64,000 nucleotides of DNA from NCBI GenBank assembly GCA_051362555.1, contig CM120648.1:13326587-13390586 (forward strand). Direction: 5' to 3'. The DNA comes from Lingula anatina. Lineage: Eukaryota; Animalia; Brachiopoda. Shown in pieces: positions 52,601 through 64,000 of this stretch. How positions within the stretch are numbered: position 1 is the stretch's first letter; every line of letters begins with the position of its first letter. A program made the position numbers and the translations under genes. The notes below the pieces were generated by a model, which was given only the letters and a program-made list of their open reading frames with translations, searched no databases and was not told the DNA's origin.

Positions 52601-53817
52601 TTTAAATACTTCTTTGGTTATACTTTACTTCAGTGCAGAATTCTTTGCTTTGTTCAGAAACTGTTGTTCATGTACATGGTAATTCACTACTAGTATAAAC
52701 CCATCATTTATCTACCCATGATAATGTTTGTACAACATACCAGGGTGTGTAAAACCCTGGATATCTGGGACCTGATGGGCCAGCCATACAGTTGTAAGGT
52801 CCAGAAAACCCTGGATATCCCGGAGACACATTTGGTCCATATCCATGGTGACCTACAGGGAAGTTGCCTGGAGATTGCCAAGCTGACGAAGAGAGTCCAT
52901 TACTTGCCTCGTGAGTTTCTCTGCCTACAATCAGGGGTAAATCAAAGTTATTAAATAACGTATAACATGATCATTTTTCATAAAGCAAAATATGACTTCT
53001 AAAAATTTTCTTTTCTGCTACCTAATATATTTGAATGGACAAATGTAGATGTAAATCAACAAACAAATACAAATAAAACTGAAAATAAAGACAAAAATTT
53101 AAAAGAAAAAAGAAGAATTTTACCCTACTCTTCATTTACAAGAAAAAAGACACAAGGAAATGTTGAGAATTTCGCCGTATCCCTCACCCTTTCATTAACT
53201 TTAATGTTGTAATTTTTTTAAATACATTCTTTCTTTTAACATAATACTACTGGGTGACTACTACACTGTAGTACTCGTACCTGAGGCTGAGGTATAAGTT
53301 CACATACTGTAGTTATAATAAATATCTCCGCTAGCCCTTGAAAGACAATATCATAGTGATTCAAACCAGTATTTGCATTACCTGCTCTGTGATTGGGATT
53401 ACTATTATTTACAGATTCGGCAGACTCGGATCCACTTGCTTCTCTCCATTGATTCCACTGGCTGTGGTCAGTTTGAGAGTTTGGGTACTGCTGTGTGGTC
53501 GTCTCACAGGTTTTCTTACTTTTATCCTCAAGCCTCTGTCGTTTTGCGTTCATTTCGGCTTCTTCTTCTTGGTCACATTTAGTATCTTTTGCAGAAGAAT
53601 CCATTCTCAATTTCTGCATAGGATACAAATAAAATATTCAATCCTCTACTACATTCCGTTAAATTATGAGAGACCACACGAGAATCAAAGAGCGTCTGCT
53701 TTTCCTGCCAATTGAATTGTGGGAAGACAAGTTGACCCAAAAATCAAAACCTGTTTTTTTATTTTGAATTAGTGAATCCTATTAAAACGCAACACTTTAA
53801 CTTACACCATTTTTCAT
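49682..53817 (-). CDS. Uncharacterised ~697-aa low-complexity protein (Gly/Tyr/Pro-rich, basic patch, polyQ, Ser/acidic C-terminus), 6 coding exons
   Basis: Phase-consistent minus-strand exons 53817-53806 (MKNG), 53613-53382, 52924-52741, 52409-52177, 51505-50921, 50529-49682 (2094 nt, divisible by 3), all GT-AG. Covers ORF-track hits 53236..53628, 52157..52366, 50889..51491 and 49682..50662. The 12-nt first exon is less certain (alternative ATG 53604). No family recognised. Confidence 0.8.
51608..51939 (-). mobile_element. MITE family B, copy 3 (more diverged)
   Basis: Recognisable homology (CCAATGGTTAATGAATCCA, ACATTCAAAGT, GATCTCATA, GTTATCCCT|TTAA) within an intron of the minus-strand gene. 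Confidence 0.75.
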
Positions 53818-54142
53818 ACCACCGAACTACACCACGTTTATATTATTTCTTTTGTTCTGATCGTAATGAATTAGTGAAGACCTCCATATACAATTAATCT
53901 ATTAGTCAACTTAGACCTGCAATCGTATTTTTCCAATCCTCCACATTCAGAAGAGTGGCTTATAATCTTGTACATTTCAACGTGGTAGCGGTATGTAAAA
54001 TGTATTTTTTTCTCCAAGTTATGCGTAGAAAAGCTGTGCAATAGTCAACAGACATACCGAAGAAGCTATTCTCTTAAGATTAAGTGCAATTTTAAAGATC
54101 CGACGCATGAATAAGAAATAATTCGACTGCTTTGCCTGCGTG
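53818..54142. promoter_or_regulatory. Probable bidirectional promoter between the minus-strand gene and FTSJ1
   Basis: Divergent start codons only ~325 bp apart; no repeat insertions; more CpG than the surrounding introns. No TSS data. Confidence 0.65.
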
Positions 54143-54674
54143 ATGGGTCGTTCTTCGAAAGACAAGAGAGATGTGTATTACAGACTGGCCAAGGAAGAAG
54201 GATGGCGAGCAAGAAGTGCTTTTAAATTGCTGCAGATTAATGATGAATTTCACCTCTTTGAGGGCGTTAAGAAAGTTGTGGATTTGTGTGCTGCTCCTGG
54301 AAGCTGGAGTCAAGTTTTATCGAAGAAATTAAGGTAATAAAACCTCGCTAGACATAATTGTCGAACTCAGTCATGGTGGATTGAGGGGCTCTTAGAAGGG
54401 GGGGGGGGGGGTACCTCACTTACTTATTTTCTGGTTCCACCAATGCTTCATTTTTATAATTTTATTTCTGAGCACCCGAGAAATTATTGTTGAAATTTAC
54501 ATTGCAATAATAAGTTTTACTCAATGTTAAACTTCATTCTTTTAAATTATTTTTATTATTATATATATTTTTGGTATTCCTTTATAAGTAATATATTGGT
54601 ATTCAGTGTTGCTAAAGTATCTAATATTCCTATTCCTAACTATATCTAACCTCCCCCCTCCCCCCCCCCCCCCA

Positions 54675-54722
<48 letters not shown>

Positions 54723-57700
54723 TTTTAACTGTTGAGAAAATGTAGATGGAAATCATTTACTACTAGTTAGTTCCAATTTTTTCTTTGGGATAAGATATTG
54801 GTTTAATAATTGGTTATCCTATGATAATGAAGTAATATCGCTGTCAAACAATTATAGAAAGATATTATGTACTGATCTTTTTCAGAGGAGATAAGGGAGA
54901 TGCATCAGATGCTAAGATCATTGCTGTCGACCTACAAGCCATGGCCCCTATTCCTGGTGTTGTACAACTACAAGGAGATATTACAAAGGTTAACTACAGT
55001 CTGAAATTCACCTATCAAGGGGTTTCCCAGCAAACCATCCAGTTGTCATTTGGGCGGCCACCAGCATCACTGGAAGGCCTAGATTTTTAAAGACGACTGG
55101 ATGGTTTATGGATTTGTTGGAAATATGATGGCTTTAGGCATACTTGCACCCCATTTCCATAGATTTTTAGATCGATCTATCCCTGTGGGGAGTCTCACTA
55201 GATTACTGTCAGCTTGGCCGGCTTAAGCGTCTGTCCCGCCTACTAAAAGCTGTAAGGGGGTAATTAACTATAATGCCCACTCGGCTGACTGCAATTTAGC
55301 GTGAACCCCCAGGGAGTTAGGTCGATCTAAATCTAATCTTTAGATCGATCTAAATCTCTGGGAAAGCACCCTTAGACACCTTGAAATTTTGTAAGAAATC
55401 ACAGGTGGTAATTTTGGACGGCCTGTATTGGTGGGCACTGGGAAAAGCCCTGTCTTCAATCTTAGCACCAGTAGATCACCACACTGATTACTCCTGGTGT
55501 TGATACAGTCCTTCTCCACCCAGAATACGAATGATGCTCAGTGTTTAGTTCAGGATATAAATTCTGTAAATATTTTAACTATTGTGACTTCTCAAATGTG
55601 ACTTTTATTTAAATCAGTGGGTGCTGGTCTCTGGTCCAGTTTTATCTGTGGTGAAAAGAGCAGGGATCTTTTGATGTGAGGATCTGTTGTAACAGGATCT
55701 AGTTTCAAGTGAATAATGATGAATTGATTATAAAGTGTGTATAATAAGGTATTTTAAATCCTTTTAAAACTTCAAAAAGAGAATATATAATGCATTGTCA
55801 AGTATTTGACATGTGCACTTATAAAATCTTACTTATGGGCTATGTTTTTCCCCACTCCAAAGAATATCTGTGACTAAGATTTGAAAAATAATATTATTTT
55901 TTAGGTGTCAACTGCACAAGAAATCATCAGCCATTTTTCTGGCGATCAGGCAGACCTGGTCGTGTGTGATGGTGCTCCTGATGGTACGTCCTTAGTCCTG
56001 GTAATGACCTAGATACAGAGGTCGTTGACATTAGCTCTGTTATAACTAAAATTATTAACTTAAAGACAGTCAGTGAAGATTTTTTTGATACATTTGCATG
56101 TTAATTTAAAGTAACTGAAAAAATTATCCATAAATCGCTAATAATGTTTTAGATTAATTTTTTATAAAACATAACAGGTTTCTGAGGCTGGTAATGATTT
56201 AACATACTTCTAGCATTATTTTAGTACAACTGCTACATTTTATTCTTTTGGTGTGAAGTAGCAAATATTTTGATAGAAAAATGCGTCAACTTTGTTTTTA
56301 TTTTAGTGACAGGCCTCCATGATATAGATGAATATATTCAGGCTCAGCTGCTGTTGGCTGTAAGGACATTTTTCTAGTCTTAGCTAAAAAACCTTTTACC
56401 CCAGTGGCCCTTTTGGTCAAAGGGGTCTAAGAATCTTTTGGCCTGATGTTGAAACAGTGACCAGTAACTGAAGAATTTACACAGTTCTACTGGCCAGGCT
56501 TCTGACACGTGGTGTTGGTCAAGTGCCAGTGTTGTGGATTCTTCACCAGTAAAATTAACCTGTTTGTTTTGTGTTTCTCCTTTTTTGTGACAAACTAATG
56601 CCGTTGGTTTAATGCAAACACATAGAAATGTAAATCTTGTACATTTGTATTTAAAACATTTAAAAAGTAGCTTCTATTCTTTATATTGAAAATTTTGTCA
56701 CTTTTTCATTTTGAAATATTTAGTGGTGTCACCTCAAATCTAATAAGAACTGGATTTTTGAAATTTTTTGCAGGCTTTGAACATAACAACTCACGTATTG
56801 AAGAAAGGAGGGACTTTTGTGGCAAAGGTAATGACATAATAAGGCATTTGTCAGAAACTGCACTGATTGATACTGTAGTATCAGTTCTGAAAGCCTCTGT
56901 GTGCTGAGAATATCATTCAGAACGGTGGACTAACAGATCCACAAATCAAATATGGGAACCGACTTAAAAGCTTGATGCTTCACATCTGTGCTCCCAGAAA
57001 ACAATACAGAAGTAGCATGCAGAACATGGTGAATTCCCACTTTTTGTGCAATAGACTGTTTCGAAAAAAAATTGAAAGAAAAACTACCAGAAAAATTTTC
57101 CTGGACAATTTCTGTCACCTGACTTCTCCTCCAAATGTGTAAACTCTGGCTTGATGTTCAGGGGCGTAGCCTGAGCAAAATGCCTGGGGGGGCAGTAAGC
57201 GGACACGAGGGGGTGGAAAATTTTTAAAATCTGTATGTATAATACTGCATTCTGGTGCATTTTAACTGTTATTTATTGCTCAATCAGAAGTCAGAAATTG
57301 TGGGTTCATTTTGCCATAAGTACAGTCATTTTTTCAACACAACAAGCCAATTGGACTTCATTTCAAACAGTCAGGGTAAACAATAACCTGATAACAGCCT
57401 GGGGGATAGCTCCCTAAGGGAGGGTGAGCTTTTTGGCATGAACTGAGTTGGCTAAAAACAGTACACCTTTGTAAACAGATTGTTGAATGATTGTCTAGTG
57501 GCCATTAGTGCATTTTCTCACAGAATTGATACCAACTTTGCAATTTTTTTTTTTTTCACCCCCCCCCCCCCCCCCAGAGGCTACGGTCCTGATGTTACAC
57601 AGTCCCCAGACTTTTTACTATTTTTGATAATTCCCATAGAAATTTGGCTGTCAGCAGAGATGTGACATACATGTATGTAGAATTGATCCCCACAAAAAAC

Positions 57701-59920
57701 ACATCTAAGATAATAAGAAAGAGATTGACGTTAAACTAAATAGTTTAAAATGCAAGCAAAAATAATGAAAACTAATAACTTTTATTGAAAAGTCAGTATT
57801 ACATTGGAACTTGGATGCTAAGCAGAGGACACTTGACTTTGTATTTCAATGGCTTCCCAATAGAGAAAGTAGAAGTGACTTAAAATCTTGAGATTTTTAT
57901 TTCATTGAAATTGAAATATACCCTGCTGCCATTTTTTTCAGATTTTCCGAGGCAAAGATGTCACCCTCTTATATTCCCAGCTCAAAATTTTCTTTCCTAT
58001 GGTGACAGTTTCAAAACCAAGGAGCAGCAGAGATTCAAGCATTGGTAAGAAGACGCTTTGTTGTAAAATCAATTGTATAAAGTATCTGCCTGTAAAATCT
58101 GTTGTATAACAAAGTTTCAGTTTATACTTTAATATTAAGATCTAACAAGGGAAATATGAAACATACTTGATTATTTCTGTATATAAGTGATTTGGATATA
58201 ATAGGCATAATTCAATGCATTACCCAATTACAAATATTTTTTTATTTTTATTTACAGAGGCATTTGTTGTGTGCCAGAATTATTGTCCACCAGAGGGCTA
58301 CGTACCTAATATGTCCAATCCTCTTCTTGACAACCACTATGGTAAGAATTCATTTCCAGAAACTATGAAAGTTGATAATTTTACAAAAGATGAATTATTG
58401 AGAATTAAATTTTATTTTTGTCAAATCACTTTATCAATAAGATGATTATCTCAAAATCACTGAGGCACTTACAAAAAAACATATATGAACATATGACAAC
58501 CAAAATGCTTACCCGTATCATCTTTACGACTTAGGCTAGGATTATTGGAAAAACAGCAGCTCTTTTTATTTATTTTATTTTATTTTTTCAGATGTTGATT
58601 TCAACAGTCTAGAAGGAGTAAACCGTGTTATCGTACCTTTCCTGGCCTGTGGAGACCTCAGTGCATACGATTCAGACAAAACCTATCCACTTGAGGTATG
58701 GTTATATTTAAACAAAATAAACTGCTTTCAATAAAAGTTTTAAGTTGGACTTGGCCTCAGCTAAAAGAGAAAAGAATATCACCATTCAGTGTTATGAATT
58801 TAGCAGGGATTGCTTTGTCTGAGGCAGAGTGGAGTCTCTCTGCAGAGGATAGGTTAAACAAAGAGACCCTGCTGGATCTCAGATACTGAAATTTCTGATT
58901 TGTCAATTTTGTCACATGATGACACTTATATGGCTCATCCATATTTAAAGTTAGTTATTGTAGCAGGTAAAGTTATCATACATAATAACATCACTGATGT
59001 TTTCTTCTGTATAACATAGTAATACTATTTCTCACAGTCCAACCTTCGGCAGTTGTTTTGTAATGTTTTGAAATATTTTAGTATAATATTTAAGTTTAAG
59101 GTTCATACACATAACTTCTTGTGCATATATCAAAAATTATATTAGCATAATTCTGCAGTTGATATAAGATTTTAATGAGATTGAACAAGGTGCATTGAAT
59201 TTATATCAAGCAAAATACATCAGAATAACCTGTTAATCTTGGTTATGATATTTTGACATCTAGTTGACCCCAGGGAAGGAGTACCAGTACCACCCTCCCA
59301 CCCAGTCACCCATCCACCCCCCATACCAGACTGCCTGTGAGCTGAAGAAGAAGGACATGCTGTCGAAACCCTCCTCTGCTGCCACTCCCACAGGGAAAGA
59401 GTCTGCAGCTTCTGCTGGAGGAAGTACAGAAACAGCTGACACAGGGAACGAGTCTTCAACCCATTCTGGAGGTGGCACAGAAACAGCTGATATTTGTGAG
59501 AACCCATTAGTCACAGGGAACAAGGCTGAAATGGTTCCTGAACCCACAGGGACTGATACTGTCTTGGAAACCACAGGGAGAAGTGCCTCTGAATCCACAG
59601 GGACCAGGACCATACTCACAGAAACAAATTCAGTGTTATCAAAGGGGAGTGATAGTGCATCAACAATGGAGAAAGACTTCAATTTTCCTCCAAAAACTAA
59701 ACCTGACAGATCAGAACTGACTAATACAAATGTTAATACTGCCACAGGTTCTGATACTGAATTTTATTTACCTGGTTTCAAAAAGGACAGTTTTTATGTA
59801 GAAAGGGGTAATAATTCACATTTAGAAGAAATCAGTGGTTCTATAGGAGAGCCTGATATAGATACTGAATGCAGTGGGGATGCTATGAATGAACAGTTGA
59901 AAGATTTGAAGTTAGAATGA
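54143..59920 (+). CDS. FTSJ1: tRNA (cytidine(32)/guanosine(34)-2'-O)-methyltransferase, FTSJ1/TRM7, ~475 aa, 9 exons
   Basis: Exons 54143-54333, 54886-54988, 55905-55983, 56307-56359, 56774-56827, 57942-58044, 58258-58341, 58592-58695, 59264-59920 (1428 nt). Hallmark motifs [46 protein letters not shown] (SAM binding), [85 protein letters not shown]; K-D-K-E catalytic tetrad intact. Confidence 0.96.
54676..54720. repeat. (CA)n microsatellite preceded by poly-C, FTSJ1 intron 1
   Basis: Directly visible. Confidence 0.9.
55016..55452. mobile_element. Older hAT-like MITE hosting MITE A copy 4
   Basis: Imperfect TIR CAAGGGGTTTCCCAG / CTGGGAAAAGCCCTG; TSD not recognisable. Confidence 0.55.
55147..55371 (-). 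mobile_element. MITE family A, copy 4 (FTSJ1 intron 2, nested)
   Basis: Reverse complement of 503-728 with about 7 differences by manual comparison. Confidence 0.88.
57159..57591. mobile_element. hAT-like MITE with 5-bp TSD (ATGTT), FTSJ1 intron 5
   Basis: TIR CAGGGGCGTAGCC / GGCTACGGTCCTG; ATGTT at 57154-57158 and 57592-57596; subterminal poly-G/poly-C tracts. Confidence 0.8.
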
Positions 59921-59972
59921 ATTATTTATATTTTTATAGTGTTATATTTACATTTCAATTTTAAAAACACGA

Positions 59973-59978
59973 ATTAAA
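59973..59978 (+). terminator. Candidate polyadenylation signal (ATTAAA) of FTSJ1
   Basis: ATTAAA ~50 nt after the stop codon, followed by T/GT-rich sequence; downstream sites cannot be excluded. Confidence 0.35.
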
Positions 59979-61874
59979 GTTTCTGAGATTGTATCCTGCT
60001 ATCTGCCCATTAGGAATGAAATTTTTAGACTTTTGTTTTTCGATCTAAGAAACGATGCAGGTTAATAGTATGTCATCATATGAATTTGAAGGAAACAGTT
60101 AATTGTTACATCGGTACAAGAACATGTTTTAATTTGTTATAACAATATGTTCTCTGTGTCTACTGTACTTAAATCACAATCACAGTTTGAAAATAGTTTT
60201 ACACAAAAATTTGTAGTCAAATAATATTATAATCAAAGTATTAAATCAATTACTTTGTGGGACTTTATGGTGATTGGGTTAGAATATTCTCTTTCAGTGC
60301 TGCATATTGTAACAAAATGAGCTACAGATCTATCAATGTTTGTAAAATATATTTGATTATTCAATTCGAGTTTTTTGTTTGGCCCATTTCCAGAAGTGCA
60401 CTGTGTATCAGGTATTTTAAATAGGATTGCATTTAAGTTTCATGCAATCTGATTCTTCACGCCTAAGCTGTGTTTACCCTCATCTGCATGGCATATAATT
60501 TTTGTCTTCTTTTCATGCTCCTTTATTGACACAAAGTTCTTTGACTTAAACATATTCCACTCACATCCCTAAATCGTATTAAGAAACTTTAGCTGGCAGA
60601 CCTCCTAGCCTTTTTTATCGCAAAATAAAACGTGTCAGATTTTTACTCACAGTTTTAAATAAGGGCAAGTAGAAGTATTTCTTCATAAAAAGTGGAAAAT
60701 GTGATAAGATGCAAAAATGCAAAATTTACTTAGGAATCCCACCACCATGTACAGTATTCAGTGCATCTACCTGTGTCAGAATTAGTACTTATGAACACAT
60801 GCAAACTCTTGTTTGTATTTCCTCCATCAACAAGAAGATGCCAAATATGAAAAATCAGTAATATCTGTGCTGATTTATACAAGACCTTAATTAACAAAGT
60901 ATGCATTTATTTCCCATTCATGATGAAGTCAGCAAAACAGGTGTGAAAGTTAAAATGCTTTCTAATGAAAGTGATAAGAGGACCACCATCTTTGTGACTC
61001 TGGGGTCAATCAGTGCATTTTTATTGGAGAAGCACCCATGAAACTGAAAACTCCCTTTAACTCTGGAACTGTAAAGGCTAGAAACTTTTTGTTTGGTGTG
61101 TTTTGTAGAGCATGTCAAGCACAATACTGTGGGTGGTGTTCAGTTTTTTGTTTTCCATATGGTTTAGGAGTTGCGCTACGGTATGTTAAAAAGTACAACT
61201 TTAAAATGTTCAGTGGTGAAGATAAAATATGATATACCTATTCCTAAACTAGCAGAGATAAGTCAATTGTTTCTTTTGAACTTGAATAGGAAGATATATA
61301 TTGTCAATCTTAGTATGACCTTGAATTTGACCTTTTGAGTACTTTTCACCATGCGCAACACTTTTAAAATTTCCAACCTTTATTTTTAAGTTATACATTG
61401 CCAATGTTACTATACTAGTACTGTTGAATTTGACCTTTGTACTACTTTTCACCTTCAACTGCTTTCTGCTAAATTTGTGACCGTCATATTTTTTTTTTTG
61501 GAAGTCTCTCAAGGAACAATTTGAGGTAGGGGCATATTTTAGGTTGGTAATTTCACTACTTTGGATATGCATACAAAGTATGTATACCACATATACAGTA
61601 ACTGTAGTAACTAAATGTATGTATATACCTGTATTAAATAGGGATGGGTGAAGCACAAATTTTTGATAAGTTAGTGTTTTCCATAGCAGAAAATGATGCT
61701 AAACACACATAGGCAACCATTTATTTTTCACAACAGCCAATTATGTTGGTAAAATGATGATTTTCAAAATGGCAGACAAAACGACTTAATAAGAGTTTCA
61801 ACATCGACAATTAAAGGACCCATAATTTGGGAGATGCCTTTTTATGTTTTTCAGGGTGTAAAATATATTTTTCA

Positions 61875-62965
61875 TATGTTAACACTGTCATTGTTACATT
61901 TTAAATGGAGTTTGGTTAACTTGTTATTGATTGAGCGAACCAGATCTCAGTCAGTCAAAAAGAGGAGTTATAAGATATCCCTTCCAAGTTCTGCTGGATG
62001 TAAGTTATGAGGAAGAATCAGAACTACGTATCCTAAACTCTAGCAAGGAAAGGGTGAATGTCTTCGAATTGTTGAAAAGAGATGAATGGAATAGTTTTGT
62101 TCTGCACAAAAGAAGCCAGGGAAGCAATCACTGTTATAAACTGAAACTAGCAAAGAAGTTGCCAAGGAAATATCCAATGTCTGGATGTCCAAGAATATCT
62201 TCTCTTTGAGAACATTTCCAACAGAATAACTGCATATAAGGGCTGCTATAAAAATATTGTGCTTATATACAATGAATCTTATATCATAAACACTCTTTGT
62301 CAAGTTTTGATTCAACTCTTTCACTTTCGTATATCATCACTTTTAATCCTTGCACTTTATAGGCTGCATTCCCACAGATTTAGATCGATCCATCTGGATC
62401 AACCTAACTCCCTGGGGGTTCACGCTAGATTGCTGTCAGCCAAGGGCAGAAGGAAGTTAATTACCCCCTTACAGCTTTTAGTAGGCGGGACAGGCATTTA
62501 AGCCGGCTAAGCTGACAGTAATCTAGTGAGACTCCTCACGGGGATAGATCAACTTAAATTTGTTGGAATGCAGTCATAGACAGTTGATGCTTCATTAGTT
62601 CTCTAAATATATTATAATCCAACATATTACTGTTGGGAATGTTCTTCTCAAAGAAAGGAAAAGTACAGCATTGGAGATTTCCTTGGCAACTTCGCTGGCC
62701 TCAGCTTATGACAGGGATTTCCTATGGCTTCATACATGTAAACCAAAAGTGTATCATCCATCCTATTGTAATAATTTCAAAATATTCACTTTTTGGTAAG
62801 GATAATTGATTCTTCATTATAATTCCCATCCAACAGATGTTAGGAAGTCTTATCACTCCTCATTTTGATTGATAAAGATGACTGGGATGGTTCATTGTCC
62901 CCATTATTGAAGTTTCTGGCTCTTCAGTCTAGCTTGACAGTTAAAATGCAGCTGACATGGTAACT
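61875..62965. repeat. Diverged long inverted repeat (foldback element), arms ~61875-62230 and ~62625-62965
   Basis: Arm matches e.g. GAAGTTGCCAAGGAAATATCCAATG / CATTGGAGATTTCCTTGGCAACTTC, GAGGAGTTATAAGA / TCTTATCACTCCTC, AGAACATTTCCAACAG / CTGTTGGGAATGTTCT. Confidence 0.8.
62362..62575 (+). mobile_element. MITE family A, copy 5
   Basis: TIR GGCTGCATTCC / GGAATGCAGTC, 3-bp direct repeat ATA on both sides, same core. Confidence 0.88.
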
Positions 62966-63279
62966 GAATTCACTGTAAAATGCACCAATCTCAGTATTAG
63001 CATCAAAAATGGATTCTACAACCCCTAAAACATAAGAAAAGGCATATGACTCAATATAGTACCGTTAATTGTTGTTGATGAAACTCTAAGTAGGCCGTTT
63101 TGGCCGCCTTTTTGAAAAGTGTCATACTGCCGACCTAAATAATTGCTGTAGAAATAAGTGATTGACATATTTGTGTTCAGCAGCAAATTTCTCCTCAGAA
63201 AACACTTTTTATGGAAAAAAATTGAGATTAACTCTACCCTCTTCATAGCTCCAAAACTAGCACCCATAGTTACTATTAA

Positions 63280-63563
63280 AGGGATAATAACTCTTCGTAT
63301 GAGATCTATATTTCACAATAAAAACATTGTGAACAACTCATAGAAATATAAAATATTCTGTTGTACCACAAAAACGGCAGTTATAGCTATTGTTCTGATA
63401 TCTGAGCTTGTCTGACCATGTGACCTCCACTGATGGCTATACTCTGTTATAATCTCTTAAGAGATTATAACAAAAAACAAACTTTTAAGAAAAAAACCAG
63501 GGACTAAATTTGAATGTAAAAATGGATGCATTGGTAAATATGAGAAAATTGTTGTTTACTCCA

Positions 63564-63594
<31 letters not shown>

Positions 63595-63619
63595 GCCAAA
63601 ACAGAGAGTTATTATCCCT
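63280..63619 (+). mobile_element. MITE family B, copy 4
   Basis: TTAA|AGGGATAATAACTCTTCGTATGAGATCT ... GAGTTATTATCCCT|TTAA; internal poly-T expansion. Confidence 0.85.
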
Positions 63620-64000
63620 TTAAACTTGAATACAATATCATACATTATCGATTTTACATTGACACACACACACACACACATCATATAATTTACCCTTTCC
63701 CCATCTCTTCCCACCCGCATTACCGTTACATAAACATAAGGTCTGTCTCGATAATAGTCTTCGCTTTCCTGACTTCTGATAACTTCTTAGACTGATAAAT
63801 AACGACAGTTATTTTCAATATATACATAACAACACAATCCACTTGGCACTTCAAACAAAAAACTTTATACACAGTTAAAACTACATGTACTGTAGCCCAC
63901 AATTTTTCAGTTCCATTTTGTCTTTATATGGCAACTCTGTGGAGTCATTGTTTCTAATTTTTGATTATGTACTCTTCCCATATCTTGACATCTTGCTATA

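Noticed and set aside
58020-58044. FTSJ1 [11 protein letters not shown] instead of the more common KPRSSRNSSIE
   Set aside because: This position varies among TRM7 orthologues and the K-D-K-E tetrad is intact; no evidence of altered function.
54334-59263. Intronic snoRNA or tRNA in FTSJ1
   Set aside because: No convincing C/D, H/ACA or cloverleaf pattern by eye; an Infernal/Rfam scan would be needed to exclude one.
59260-59745. 161-aa antisense ORF over the FTSJ1 last exon, and similar antisense ORFs over Sfi1-repeat exons
   Set aside because: Shadow ORFs of coding, low-complexity sequence; no independent splice structure.
61931-62209. 92-aa ORF downstream of FTSJ1
   Set aside because: Lies in one arm of the foldback repeat, has no ATG start, and the alignment with the other arm contains multiple indels.
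1-64000. CRISPR array, operon or prokaryotic defence system
   Set aside because: Spliceosomal exon-intron structure throughout; no regularly spaced repeat-spacer array; no cas-like ORF.

Overview
AT-rich, intron-containing eukaryotic (invertebrate-like metazoan) genomic DNA, not prokaryotic. I found no CRISPR, rRNA or tRNA. By chaining GT-AG splice sites by hand with consistent phase I reconstruct three genes. (1) A 32-exon, ~2,430-aa + strand protein (16740-47058) with a long Ser-rich N-terminus and two blocks of Sfi1-type (centrin-binding-like, LL..F..W) repeats separated by a Ser/acidic linker; several candidate alternative first exons lie upstream. (2) An unrecognised ~697-aa low-complexity/polyQ protein on the - strand (53817-49682). 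(3) The tRNA 2'-O-methyltransferase FTSJ1/TRM7 (54143-59920), head-to-head with gene 2 across ~325 bp and carrying a repeat-derived C-terminal extension. Introns and intergenic DNA hold a 5'-truncated Rex1/Babar-type LINE fused to an unexplained CpG-richer block, Harbinger-like MITEs (3-bp TSD), Kolobok-like MITEs (TTAA), CAGG-ended hAT-like MITEs with unusual 5-bp TSDs, reciprocal MITE nesting and a ~1.1-kb foldback element. Family assignments come from recalled motifs; no database search was run.
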